Assembly (NCBI GenBank): GCA_965242525.1 | Contig: OZ251459.1 | Location: forward strand, 2,816,001 to 2,880,000 | Source of the DNA: an uncultured Candidatus Binatia bacterium | GTDB lineage: Bacteria > Desulfobacterota > Binatia > UBA9968 > JAJDTQ01 | Reading direction: 5' to 3' | Length of the DNA: 64,000 bases | The notes under the pieces: generated by a model | Seen by the model: the letters and a program-made list of their open reading frames with translations, nothing else | What the model was told of the DNA's origin: nothing | Databases searched by the model: none | Shown here: positions 1-11,185 of the stretch, in pieces | How positions within the stretch are numbered: the stretch's first letter is position 1 | Layout: each line of letters opens with the position of its first letter | Translations under genes and position numbers: made by a program

Positions 1-215
1 GGCGCGGCCGGCGTAGCCGGCGCAGATCTCGTAAACCCTTCGAACAGGCCTTCGATGCGGGCCATCCGTTCCCGAAGGTCACCGATGTCCCGGTGCATCT
101 CGCCCATTTCCTGGCGCATGGCCCGTTGGCCGGGAACGATGACGGCCGCCAGGGAGATGGCCACGCCGATGACGGTTACCATGATGGTTGCGATGGCCGC
201 GAGTTCGAGCGTCAT
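1..215 (-). CDS. Small TM-anchored coiled-coil protein, array copy 3 (3' end runs off the window)
   Basis: ATG at 215; reads MTLELAAIATIMVTVIGVAISLAAVIVPGQRAMRQEMGEMHRDIGDLRERMARIEGLFEGF; paralogous to 341-619 and 744-1001. Confidence 0.7.
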   Translation of the reverse strand, partial: MTLELAAIATIMVTVIGVAISLAAVIVPGQRAMRQEMGEMHRDIGDLRERMARIEGLFEGFTRSAPATPAA

Positions 216-340
216 GGTTCGACTCCGAAACGGGAAACCTGACTCACGTACCGATGACCTCCCGCTGTCCCCCCGAAGTCAAGGATCGGGTCCACTGCTT
301 CCGTCTCTGGGACCCGGCCCGGTCACGAAGCGGCAACGAA

Positions 341-619
341 CTACGGCTGAGGCTGGGGACTTGGCGCGGCCGGCGTAGCCGGCGCAGATCTCGTGAACCC
401 TTCGAACAGGCCTTCGATGCGGGCCATCCGTTCCCGAAGGTCACCGATGTCCCGGTGCATCTCGCCCATTTCCTGGCGCACGTCTCCGATTTCCTGGCGC
501 ACGTCCCCGATTTCCTGCCGCATGGCCCGTTGGCCGGGAACGATGACGGCCGCCAAGGCTATGGCCGCGCCGATGATGGTCAGCATGATGGTTGCGATGG
601 CTATGAATTCGAGTTTCAT
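341..619 (-). CDS. Small TM-anchored coiled-coil protein, array copy 2
   Basis: ATG 619 with GGAG upstream; hydrophobic N-terminal helix, two RQEIGDV heptads, LRERMARIEG, TAG at 341-343. Confidence 0.75.
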   Translation of the reverse strand: MKLEFIAIATIMLTIIGAAIALAAVIVPGQRAMRQEIGDVRQEIGDVRQEMGEMHRDIGDLRERMARIEGLFEGFTRSAPATPAAPSPQPQP

Positions 620-743
620 GGTTCGACTCCGGGACGGAAGACTTGGCCCACGCACTGATGATCCCCCGATGTCCCTCCGAAGTCAAGACCGAGGTCGCTG
701 CTTCCGTCCGCGGGACGCCGCCCGGTCACGAAGGGGCAACGAA

Positions 744-1001
744 CTACGGCTGAGGCTGGGGATCTGGCGCGGCCGGCGTAGCCGGCGCAGATCTCGTGAA
801 CCCCTCGAACAGGCCTTCGATGCGGGCCATCCGTTCCCGAAGGTCGCCGATGTCCCGGCGCATCTCGCCCATTTCCTGGCGCACGTCCCCGATTTCCTGC
901 CGCATGGCCCGTTGGCCGGGAACGATGACGGCCGCCAAGGCTATGGCCGCGCCGATGATGGTCAGCATGATGGTTGCGATGGCTGCGAGTTCGAGTGTCA
1001 T
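744..1001 (-). CDS. Small TM-anchored coiled-coil protein, array copy 1
   Basis: ATG 1001; same architecture with one RQEIGDV heptad. Confidence 0.75.
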   Translation of the reverse strand: MTLELAAIATIMLTIIGAAIALAAVIVPGQRAMRQEIGDVRQEMGEMRRDIGDLRERMARIEGLFEGFTRSAPATPAAPDPQPQP

Positions 1002-1028
1002 GGTTCGACTCCGGGACGGAAGACTTGT

Positions 1029-1160
1029 GGAACCTCTGAACAATCGAGACATCCAGGATGGATTCCCCTCACCCGGACCATCCTGTCCCCGTTCGTCCTG
1101 AGCGTAGCGGAGCGAAGTCGAAGGACGCGCTCATGCTCCGCCCGATTGTCCAGAGTTTCC
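1029..1160. mobile_element. MITE copy inside the array intergenic region
   Basis: GGAACCTCTGAACAAT...ATTGTCCAGAGTTTCC with REP-like core; absent from the two paralogous intergenic copies. Confidence 0.85.
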
Positions 1161-1176
1161 CTGACCCATCTTACTG

Positions 1177-1205
1177 ATGATCTCCCGATGTCCCCCCGAA
1201 GTCAA
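1177..1205 (-). promoter_or_regulatory. Putative sigma70 promoter, repeated in each array unit
   Basis: TTGACT-N17-GATCAT on the minus strand; equivalent motifs near 657-685 and 254-282. Confidence 0.4.
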
Positions 1206-1244
1206 GACCGAGGCCGTCGCTTCCGGCTGCGGGACCCGGTCCGG

Positions 1245-2609
1245 TCACGAGGGCGCCGGGAGCCGGCGCAACCGGGCGGCGAAGAAACCGTCCGTGTCGT
1301 GGCGGTGGGGCAGCGCGAGGAGATACCCGCGGGCGGTCATGGGGGCGGCCGCGGCCGGGAGGCAGGCGGCGGCGTCCTCCACCGCGAAGTCGGGGCGGCG
1401 CTCGACGAAGGACTCCACCACCTGCTCGTTCTCGATCCGGGAGAGCGTGCAGGTGGCATAGACCAGGACCCCGCCGGGGCTTACTCGTCCCGCGGCCTGT
1501 TCCAGTATCCGGCTCTGGAGCGCCGCAAGCCGGTGCAGGTCCGCTTGGGTGCGGCGCCACTTGACCTCCGGATGCGAGCGCAGACTCCCCAGGCCCGAAC
1601 ACGGCGCGTCCACCAGCACGCGCTCGAAGGCCTCGGGCCCGCCGGGCAACCCGCGGGCCGAGTCGCACGCGCGGGCGCGGATGCAGCCGAGCCCCAGTCG
1701 GCGGGCGTTGTCCCCGAGCTTCGCCAGACCGCGCTCCGAGACGTCGCACGCCACGACCCGGCCCCGGTCCTGCATCAGTTCCGCCAAGTGCGTGGTCTTT
1801 CCGCCGGGCGCGGCGCAGACGTCGAGCACGCGCATGCCGGGCTTGGGATCGACCAGGAAACCGACCATCTGGGAGGCTTCCCCCTGCACCAGGCACAGGC
1901 CGTCGCGGAACTCGGCCAAGCCCGCGGGGGACGCCGACCCGCGCAGGCGAACGGCGAGCGGCGACCACGCCCCGGGCCGGGCGTCGAGGCCGCGGGAACC
2001 CAGGCGCCGCACCAGTTCGTCCCGGTCGATCCTCATGCCGTTGGCCCGCAGCACCAGGGGGGCTTCGAGGTTGTTGGCCTCCATGAGGCGCCGGCTCTCC
2101 ACCGCGCCCAACTCCCCCCGCCACAGGTCCACCAGCCAGGACGGGTGGGAGACCAGCGCGGCCACGTCCCGGTCCTTGCCGGACGCCGGCGGCGACCAGG
2201 CGTCCCGCTCCCGGCGCGCCACCTGCCGCAGCACGGCGTTGACCAGCCGCGCCTTGCCCGGGCCGGCGCGCTTACGGGCCAGCGCCACCATCTCGTTGAC
2301 GGTGGCGTAGGAGGGCACCCGGTCCAGGAAGAGCAACTCGTAGCCGCCCAGCCGGAGCAGGTTCCGCACCAGGGGGTCCAACTCGTCCAGGGGGTCCCGG
2401 AGCAGACCGCGGAGGACCCAGTCGATGCGCCCGCGCCACCGAAGGGCGCCGTAAACCGTGCGGGTCAGCAGCGCGCCGTCGGCCTGCGGCAGGGCCGCCT
2501 CCCGGAGGCGCGCGTCCAGCAGGGCGTCGGCGTAGGCCTGCCGCCGCTCCACCCGGTCGAGGATGGCGAGGGCGAGCTCACGCGGGTTTCTGGACAGGGG
2601 GCGGCTCAA
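1245..2609 (-). CDS. rsmB: 16S rRNA m5C967 methyltransferase RsmB/Sun
   Basis: NusB-like N-terminus, DVCAAPGGKT, VLVDAPCSG, VYATCT; def-fmt-rsmB synteny. Confidence 0.95.
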   Translation of the reverse strand: MSRPLSRNPRELALAILDRVERRQAYADALLDARLREAALPQADGALLTRTVYGALRWRGRIDWVLRGLLRDPLDELDPLVRNLLRLGGYELLFLDRVPSYATVNEMVALARKRAGPGKARLVNAVLRQVARRERDAWSPPASGKDRDVAALVSHPSWLVDLWRGELGAVESRRLMEANNLEAPLVLRANGMRIDRDELVRRLGSRGLDARPGAWSPLAVRLRGSASPAGLAEFRDGLCLVQGEASQMVGFLVDPKPGMRVLDVCAAPGGKTTHLAELMQDRGRVVACDVSERGLAKLGDNARRLGLGCIRARACDSARGLPGGPEAFERVLVDAPCSGLGSLRSHPEVKWRRTQADLHRLAALQSRILEQAAGRVSPGGVLVYATCTLSRIENEQVVESFVERRPDFAVEDAAACLPAAAAPMTARGYLLALPHRHDTDGFFAARLRRLPAPS

Positions 2610-3534
2610 ACCGCATGCCCTCCCGGAGCCCGACGCCGCGGAGGAAGGCGTCCGCAGCCATCCGCTTGCGGCCTTCCAGTTGCAGTTCCGTGAGCACCAG
2701 CGCGCCCGCGCCGGTGCTCACCCGGACGCCGTCCGCGCCCGCCCCCACCACCGTTCCCGGCGCCGCCGCTCCCTCCCCCGCGGCCCCGAGCCTGGCGCGG
2801 TGGACCTTGACGCGCTTGCCCCGCCAGTAGCTGAACGCCGACGGCCAGGGGTCGAAGGCCCGCACTTGACGCTCGATCTCGCCGGCCGGCCGGCTCCAGT
2901 CGATGATCCCGTGCTCCTTCCGGAGCATCGGAGCGAATGTGGCCGCGGCCGGGTCCTGGGGGCGCGGCGCGAGGGTCCCCCGCCCCAGCCCCGCGACGGT
3001 CTGCACCAGCAGCCGCGCGCCCACGGGAACCAGCTTCGCCTCCAGCGAGGCCGCGGTCTCCCCCGGATCCATGGCCACCTCCTCGGCCAGCAGGACCGGC
3101 CCCGCGTCCATTTCGGCCACGAGCCGCATGGTGGTCACGCCGGTCACCGCCTCCCCCCGGAGGATCGCCCATTGCATGGGCGCGGCGCCCCGGTACCTGG
3201 GCAGCAGCGAATAGTGGACGTTGACGCAGCCGAGGGGGGCCGCGTCCAGGACCGCCTGCGGCAGGATGCGCCCGTAGGCCACCACCGCCACGAGGTCCGG
3301 GCGCCAGCCTCGCAGTTGCTCCAGCAGGCCGGGGTCCTTCGTCCCCTCGGGGGCCGCAACCGGTATGCCGTGCCGGGCCGCGGCCAGCCGCACCGGCGCG
3401 GGGGCGAGGGCCTGGCCCCGGCCCGAAGGGCGGTCGGGACGGGTCACCGCGCCCACCACCTCGTGGGCGCTGCCCACCAGCGCTTCCAGCGAGGCCGCGG
3501 CCGAGGCCGGGGTTCCCATGAATACGATACGCAT
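2578..3534 (-). CDS. fmt: Methionyl-tRNA formyltransferase
   Basis: MRIVFMGTP start at 3534, NVHYSLLPRYRGAAP, MDAGP. Confidence 0.96.
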   Translation of the reverse strand: MRIVFMGTPASAAASLEALVGSAHEVVGAVTRPDRPSGRGQALAPAPVRLAAARHGIPVAAPEGTKDPGLLEQLRGWRPDLVAVVAYGRILPQAVLDAAPLGCVNVHYSLLPRYRGAAPMQWAILRGEAVTGVTTMRLVAEMDAGPVLLAEEVAMDPGETAASLEAKLVPVGARLLVQTVAGLGRGTLAPRPQDPAAATFAPMLRKEHGIIDWSRPAGEIERQVRAFDPWPSAFSYWRGKRVKVHRARLGAAGEGAAAPGTVVGAGADGVRVSTGAGALVLTELQLEGRKRMAADAFLRGVGLREGMRFEPPPVQKPA

Positions 3535-3649
3535 GGAGCGTCCGTGCAAGGCGCGTGTCCGGCCGGGGCGCCCCGGAGACGCCGCCGTTTCCCGCGGGAA
3601 GCGGTCCGCGGGCCGGGACCGGCGCGTCCGGGTTTCCGGGGAGCGCGGG

Positions 3650-4186
3650 TCAGATGACGAGGCCGCGGCTCTCTTGCGGTTCCTTGCCGGTGCGAACGGA
3701 CTTCTTGAGCTTGCGCAGGTAGATGTCGCGCTTGAGGCGGCTGATGCGGTCGATGAAGAGCTTGCCGTCGAGATGGTCGATCTCGTGCTGGAGGGCCACG
3801 GCCAGGAGGCCGTCCGCATCCACCTCCACCTCCTCGGCGTTCTCGTCATACCCCGAGACCACCACCCGCTCGGCCCGACTCACCTCCGCGGTGAAATCGA
3901 CGACGCTGAGGCAGCCTTCCTCCACCACCACTTCGCCCTCGGCCGCCCGGACCACCGGGTTGGCCAGCTTGAGGACGTTGGCGCCGGGGTCCTCGTGGTC
4001 CACGTCCAGGACGATGACGCGCACGGACACCCCCACCTGCGGCGCGGCCAGTCCGATGCCCGGCGCGGCGTACATGGTCTCCAGCATGTCCTGCATGAGC
4101 GCGGCGGTCTCGCCCGTGACCGCTTCCACCGGCCGGGCCGGCCGCCGCAGGACCGGGTCGGGAAACTTGAGGACGTCCAGGATCAT
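3650..4186 (-). CDS. def: Peptide deformylase
   Basis: GIGLAAPQ, EGCLS, QHEIDHLDG motifs. Confidence 0.97.
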   Translation of the reverse strand: MILDVLKFPDPVLRRPARPVEAVTGETAALMQDMLETMYAAPGIGLAAPQVGVSVRVIVLDVDHEDPGANVLKLANPVVRAAEGEVVVEEGCLSVVDFTAEVSRAERVVVSGYDENAEEVEVDADGLLAVALQHEIDHLDGKLFIDRISRLKRDIYLRKLKKSVRTGKEPQESRGLVI

Positions 4187-4190
4187 TCGA

Positions 4191-4314
4191 GGAACCTCTG
4201 AAAAATCGGGACAGGGGGCATGAGTGCGTCCTTCGACTTCGCTTCGCTCAGGACGAACGGAAATGGGTCAGCGTGAGGGAATCCATCCTAGATGTTCGAT
4301 TGTTCAGCGGTTCC
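4191..4314. mobile_element. MITE copy with perfect TCGA TSD
   Basis: tcga-GGAACCTCTGAAAAAT...ATTGTTCAGCGGTTCC-tcga. Confidence 0.88.
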
Positions 4315-4403
4315 TCGAGGGCATTCCAAACCACGTCTCTTCCGGCTTTCGTGTGGGTAGGGTAGGAGGGAAAGGGAAGCGACATCACCGCGGACGCTCA
4401 CCC

Positions 4404-4600
4404 CGTCATTCCCGCAAACGCCCCACCCTCCGTCATTCCCGCGAAAGCATGTCCTCGCGGAAGCGGGGGCGGGAATCCATCCGCTTTCCTCGCTCTCGTT
4501 GTACGAACCTCTCATACAGGGCGCCATGGGGTTTGCTCGCAAGGTCTGGATTCCCGCTTTCGCGGGAATGACGAGTCGGGGCTTTCGCGGGGATGACGGG
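4404..4600. repeat. dRS3/REP-like palindromic repeat cluster (GTCATTCCCGCGAAAGCGGGAATCC family)
   Basis: gtcattcccgcgaaagc...gggaatcc at about 4432-4478 and inverted ggattcccgctttcgcgggaatgac at 4548-4572; second copy at 55990-56091. Confidence 0.8.
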
Positions 4601-4631
4601 ATGGAGAGTGTCGCAATCCACACGAATTCCT

Positions 4632-4791
4632 GAAGCGCCTGAACAACGTCCCCGTTCGTCCTGAGCGTAGCGAAGCGACGTCCTCTGTTCCCCTCGAGCG
4701 TAGCAACGCGACCTTCCCCGTTCATCCCGAGCGTAGCGAAGCGAAGTCGAAGGACGCGCTCATGCCCCCTGCCCGGATTGTTCAGAGGTTC

Positions 4792-4792
<1 letters not shown>
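4632..4792. mobile_element. MITE copy abutting the priA stop codon
   Basis: Degenerate left TIR, three core units, right TIR ATTGTTCAGAGGTTCT. Confidence 0.75.
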
Positions 4793-7017
<2,225 letters not shown>

Positions 7018-7216
7018 GCTTCCGAATTATTGATGAGACTGCGTCAGAATGCCACGTCGTTGACGCGGTTTCGACGCGGCGGAGGGCGCCGCCTTCCGCT
7101 CTTTCCCGGAAGACGGACTTTCCGGCCCTCTCTCCGACGGGCAGACCGCGCGGTTCGCCGGACCCCCGAACGTTCCCGTTGCCGCGCACCGGGGGTTGGC
7201 CCCTGATTTGCTTCTA

Positions 7217-7453
7217 ACAAACCCTGAACGATTGCCCCCGTTCGTCCCGAGCGAAACGGAGTCCTCCGTTCATCCCGAGCGTAGCGAAGCGGAGTCCTCC
7301 ATTCATCCTGAGCGTAGCGAAACGGAGTCCTCCATTCATCCCGAGCGTAGCGAAGCGGAGCCCTCCGTTCGTCCTGAGCGTAGCAAAGCGGAGTCGAAGG
7401 ACGAGCTTTCCCACAGGGAGAGGGAGTTCGAGCCGGAATTGGCCAGACGTTCC
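7217..7453. mobile_element. MITE copy with about five internal 33-bp tandem units
   Basis: Repeated (c/t)gagcgtagcgaa(g/a)cggagtcctcc units between degenerate TIRs; flanks tcta/ttta. Confidence 0.8.
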
Positions 7454-7465
7454 TTTACGAAGCCC

Positions 7466-8488
7466 ATGGGCCGCATCTTCCCGCTCCGACGGGCGCGAGC
7501 CTGGTTCGCCATCGACGTGGGCTCCAGCTCGGTCAAGGTCGCCGAGGCCATCGACGGCCGCGACGGCGCCCAGGTGCTGCGCACCGCGGTGCTGCCGACG
7601 CCCGCGGGAGCGGTGGAAAACGGGTTCGTGCGCCAGACCCGCATCCTCGGGGACGCCGTCCGGGAGTTCGCCGGCGCCGCCCGCGGAAGGCCGCGCCAAG
7701 CGGTGGCGTCGATCCCGGGCCGGGGGGTCATGCTCAAGCGGCTGCGCCTTCCCGGCCAGGGCAGGGACGGGCTCGACCGGGTCATCGAGTTCAAGGCCAT
7801 GGACGCGGTCCCGGAAGACCTGGACAACGTCAACCTCGACTACCACGTCCTCGGTCCCTCGGATGACGGCGACGGACTGGAGGTACTCCTGGTGGCCGCC
7901 AGGAAGGAGCTGGTCGAGAACTGCGTGGAGTTCCTGGAGGCCGCGGGGCTGGTCCCGGCCATCGTGGACGTGGACCACTTCGCCCTCCGGTCCGGCAGCC
8001 GCGGACTGCCGGACCGGCGCGCGGACGTGCTCGTCCACGTGGGCGCGCGCTCCACCACGGTCCACGTCCCCACGGACGACTTGCCCGGCTATACCGCGGA
8101 CCTGCCCGTGGGCGGGGAGCAGTTGACCGAGAGCCTGGCCGAGGACCTGGGCGTTTCCCGCGACGAAGCCGAGGCGGTCAAGTGCGGCGACCACTCTCCC
8201 GGCGTCGCCCGCCTGCTGGCATCCCCGTGCGACCGGTTCGCCGCGGAGGTGGCGCGCAGCCTCAACCTCTTCGGCGCACTGGGCGACCGCACGGAGCCGC
8301 GCCGGGTCTCCCTGAGCGGCGGCAGCGCCCTGCTGCCCGGCCTGGGTCCGAGCCTGGCCCGCGCCCTGGACGCGGAGGTCCGGGTCTGCGGGCCTTTCTT
8401 CGGCGACAGCCTGCCGCCGGAGGAAGCACACACCGGACCCGCCTTCGCGGTGGTGGCGGGCTTGGTGACCCGGAGTCCGTCCGAGTAG
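7466..8488 (+). CDS. pilM: Type IV pilus assembly protein PilM
   Basis: AIDVGSSSVK, NLDYHVLG, LLVAARK, LSGGSALLPGL; followed by pilN. Confidence 0.85.
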   Translation: MGRIFPLRRARAWFAIDVGSSSVKVAEAIDGRDGAQVLRTAVLPTPAGAVENGFVRQTRILGDAVREFAGAARGRPRQAVASIPGRGVMLKRLRLPGQGRDGLDRVIEFKAMDAVPEDLDNVNLDYHVLGPSDDGDGLEVLLVAARKELVENCVEFLEAAGLVPAIVDVDHFALRSGSRGLPDRRADVLVHVGARSTTVHVPTDDLPGYTADLPVGGEQLTESLAEDLGVSRDEAEAVKCGDHSPGVARLLASPCDRFAAEVARSLNLFGALGDRTEPRRVSLSGGSALLPGLGPSLARALDAEVRVCGPFFGDSLPPEEAHTGPAFAVVAGLVTRSPSE

Positions 8489-8617
8489 GCGAGTCGCCGC
8501 GGACGTGAACCGGCGCGCCCGGGCGGTTCGGTACGTCCGGGCGGGAGGGCCCCCAGCGGCGAAACTCGGCGGCGGCAGGCGCGGCGAGGCGCTGCAACGG
8601 AGGGCTTCCCGACGGAA

Positions 8618-8755
8618 GGGACATCCGTTCCATTCCGGCTCGAGGCGCCTCTCCCTGCGGGAAAGCGCGTCCTTCGACTTCGCTTCGCTACGCTCGGGAC
8701 GAACGGAGGAATTCACTCCGCTTGGGACGAACGGGGACGATTGTTCGGAGTTTCC
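8618..8755. mobile_element. MITE copy between pilM and pilN, TSD GGAA
   Basis: ggaa-GGGACATCCGTTCCAT...ATTGTTCGGAGTTTCC-ggaa with core. Confidence 0.78.
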
Positions 8756-8781
8756 GGAAGGCGCCACAGGAGGATATCGTC

Positions 8782-9336
8782 ATGATCCGCATCAACCTTC
8801 TGCCCACCCGGGAGATCCGGGCGCTGCGGCGCCGGCGCCGCACGATCGTCGTCGGCAGCGCCGCGCTCTGCGTGGTCGTGGGCGCGCTGGCCGCGGTCAA
8901 CGTCTCGCAACTGCGCCGACGCTCCGCGTTGGAGGCTGAGCTCACTGAGGGTCGGCGAGTGGCCGGGGAACTGCGGCTCCGTACCGGGGAGGTCGAGGAG
9001 TTGGAGGAGGGGATCCAGCGGCAACGGGAGAAGAACCGGGCGGTCCGGGAGTGGCTGGAACGCCGGGCGCAGCACCCGCGCATCCTGCGAGCTCTCTCGG
9101 CCGCGGCCCCGGACCGACTGTGGTTGACCCGCTACGCAGAGTCCCGAGGCGCCGTGACCCTGGAAGGCCGCGCCATGGACGACGAGTCCATCGCCCGGTT
9201 CCTGCGCAACCTCTCCGACGCCTTCCATGCACGGGACCTCGCGGAGGCAGGCAAGGCCGAGGGAGAGGATGGCGTCCGGCGCTTCGTCATCCGCGCCGCG
9301 AACGAGCCGCCGGACGCCGCCCCGGCCGGGGAATAG
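8782..9336 (+). CDS. pilN: Type IV pilus assembly protein PilN
   Basis: MIRINLLP motif, TM helix, coiled coil, PDRLWLT; AGGAGG RBS. Confidence 0.9.
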   Translation: MIRINLLPTREIRALRRRRRTIVVGSAALCVVVGALAAVNVSQLRRRSALEAELTEGRRVAGELRLRTGEVEELEEGIQRQREKNRAVREWLERRAQHPRILRALSAAAPDRLWLTRYAESRGAVTLEGRAMDDESIARFLRNLSDAFHARDLAEAGKAEGEDGVRRFVIRAANEPPDAAPAGE

Positions 9337-9361
9337 CGGAAAAAGGACGGTCGAACCGGCC

Positions 9362-10432
9362 ATGTGGCTCCAGGTTCTGCTCGAACGCCCGCTCACCCAG
9401 CAGGCACTGCTGATCGCGGCCGCTGCGCTGTCGTTGGCCGCCCTGGACTATGTCTTCGTGTATCGCCACCAAGCCGGGAACATCGCCCGGGCCGCGGGGG
9501 AGCTCAAGCTCGTCCGCCTCGACGAGACCCGGCTGCGCGCGGAGCTGAGCCGCCTGCCGGGGCTGCGCGAGGAACTCGCCGCGCTCCGGGCCGAACTGTC
9601 CTCGACGCTTCCCCGGGGGAGCGGGGCGGCGACGCCCCTGGAGACCATCGCGGCGCGCGCGGACGCGGCCGGACTCGAAGTGGTCCGCTTCCATCCCGGC
9701 GAAGCGGAGGTCGGAGAGCACTTCAGCGAGGTCCCCATGGCGGTGGAGCTGGGAGGGACCTTCCACGAGCTCCTGCGGTTCTTCGATCTCTCCGCCGGGT
9801 CGGACCACCGGCTGAATGCGAGGGACCTGGCCATCGACGCCCACGCCCCGGACCACGGACGCATGGCGCTCCGAATCGAGTTGGAGATGGCGGCGATCCG
9901 GTTGCAGATGGAAGACGCTGGCGACGCGGCAGGGAACCGTACGGCGCCGGACACGGCCGCGGCCGCGCATGCCCTCGTCCACGGACAACCCGCAGAGTTC
10001 CGACGCGCGGGGCCGGACACGGCCGCCCCGGCCCCAACGCCCACACGAGAACCGGCGGAAACCGAAACTTGGCTGCGGGACCCGTTCCAACCTTACGAGC
10101 CTCCCGCCCCGCACGCCCCGGACTCGCCGATGGAACCGCCCCCGCCGCCGGAGGACCCGGCGGAGCCCGTCCCCGAGCCGCGTTTCCATGCGGTGGGCAT
10201 CGTCTGGGAGCCCCGCGCCGCGGTGGCGCTGGTGAAGGACGCCGACGGGTTCGGACACGTGGTCGAACCGGGAGAGCCGTTGGACGCCTTCGGCTACCAG
10301 GTCAAGGCCATCACCTCGTGCGAAGTCGTCCTGGAAACCACCCGCAACCACGCGCAGCCCCGCGAGACCCGTATCAGGGTCCCGCGATGCGGCGACCCCG
10401 CAGGCCCGGCGCGTCCGGACGCCGAGCCGTAA
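9362..10432 (+). CDS. pilO: PilO-PilP fusion protein
   Basis: PilO-like N-terminal half (TM, coiled coil, GTFHELLRFF), Pro/Ala linker, PilP-like C-terminal half (RDPF, VGIVW...ALVKDADGFGHVV). Confidence 0.72.
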   Translation: MWLQVLLERPLTQQALLIAAAALSLAALDYVFVYRHQAGNIARAAGELKLVRLDETRLRAELSRLPGLREELAALRAELSSTLPRGSGAATPLETIAARADAAGLEVVRFHPGEAEVGEHFSEVPMAVELGGTFHELLRFFDLSAGSDHRLNARDLAIDAHAPDHGRMALRIELEMAAIRLQMEDAGDAAGNRTAPDTAAAAHALVHGQPAEFRRAGPDTAAPAPTPTREPAETETWLRDPFQPYEPPAPHAPDSPMEPPPPPEDPAEPVPEPRFHAVGIVWEPRAAVALVKDADGFGHVVEPGEPLDAFGYQVKAITSCEVVLETTRNHAQPRETRIRVPRCGDPAGPARPDAEP

Positions 10433-10436
10433 TCGC

Positions 10437-10742
10437 CTACTTGCCGAGGGCGCGGGTGACCGCGTCGGGGTCCCGGTCGATGACGGTCAGCAGGACGCGG
10501 GCGGCCCGATCCGGGGCGCGCCGGCCCTGTTCCCAGTCCTGCACCGCGCGTGCATCGAGGTCGAAACGCTCCGCGAACTTCCGCCGGCTTGGTCCGAGGC
10601 GCTTGCGGAGCGAAAGTATCCGCTCGGCCGACGTATCCTCGCTGATACGGCATGGAAGCGCGGCCTCGCCGCGCATGTGGGCCAGGACCTCTTCGAGAGC
10701 CGCTTCGACCTCGCACCCCACCCGGCTTCGTTCCGTGCTCAT
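10437..10742 (-). CDS. XRE HTH antitoxin (HigA-like)
   Basis: LRKRLGPSRRKFAERF...VQDWEQGRRAP; ATGA overlap with the toxin gene. Confidence 0.85.
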   Translation of the reverse strand: MSTERSRVGCEVEAALEEVLAHMRGEAALPCRISEDTSAERILSLRKRLGPSRRKFAERFDLDARAVQDWEQGRRAPDRAARVLLTVIDRDPDAVTRALGK

Positions 10743-11104
10743 CCGACTTTTCCTTTCGTCTTCATCGCGGCCACCAGTCGCGACAGCCTCTTCTTGTCCG
10801 CTGGGGTCAGGTCATCGCGTTCTGCTTTCGCATAGACGGTCAGCAGGTAAACGGCTTTGGCGCCGGCGTCATAAAGGTAGATCGCCCGGATGCCGCCCCG
10901 CTTACCTCGTCCTGAACCTGTCCAACGCAATTTGCGGATGCCTCCCGTCCCCGGAATGATCGGCGCGTTCTCGGGATCGGTGACGACCACCGCTTCCATT
11001 TCCACTCGCGCGTTGTCGGGCATCAGCTTGCGCACGGCTCGCTCATAGGTTCGGGTGACGAATAGTTGCACCGATTTCATATGCTGCATCTCCGCATGTT
11101 TCAA
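10739..11104 (-). CDS. RelE/HigB-family toxin
   Basis: IPGTGGIRKLRW...GKRGGIRAIY...LLTVYAK; start may be the ATG near 11080. Confidence 0.85.
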   Translation of the reverse strand: MKHAEMQHMKSVQLFVTRTYERAVRKLMPDNARVEMEAVVVTDPENAPIIPGTGGIRKLRWTGSGRGKRGGIRAIYLYDAGAKAVYLLTVYAKAERDDLTPADKKRLSRLVAAMKTKGKVG

Positions 11105-11185
11105 GAGATTTCCCCATCCGGGTTTGGGAAACCGGGCCTGCTCTCCTTTCCTTCGAGGGAGGAGGGCGGACTGAGGAAGACGGCG

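Larger units (their letters stand above)
1..1250. repeat. Tandem repeat of about 360-400 bp gene-plus-upstream units
   Basis: ggcgcggccggcgtagccggcgcagatctcgt recurs at 1, 363 and 766; intergenic similarity extends to the rsmB stop codon. Confidence 0.9.

Noticed and set aside
1-1020. Integron cassette array or DGR explanation for the tandem genes
   Set aside because: No attC-like structure, integrase or reverse transcriptase seen; differences are not adenine-specific
393-2693. Long alternative-frame and antisense ORFs (e.g. 393-2693, 17321-19654, 34051-37092, 38375-41686, 45531-48011)
   Set aside because: Shadow ORFs expected at high GC; they overlap genes with clear motifs and carry none themselves
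7196-7465. N-terminal extension of PilM in the ORF track
   Set aside because: Consists of MITE sequence; PilM similarity starts after the ATG at 7466
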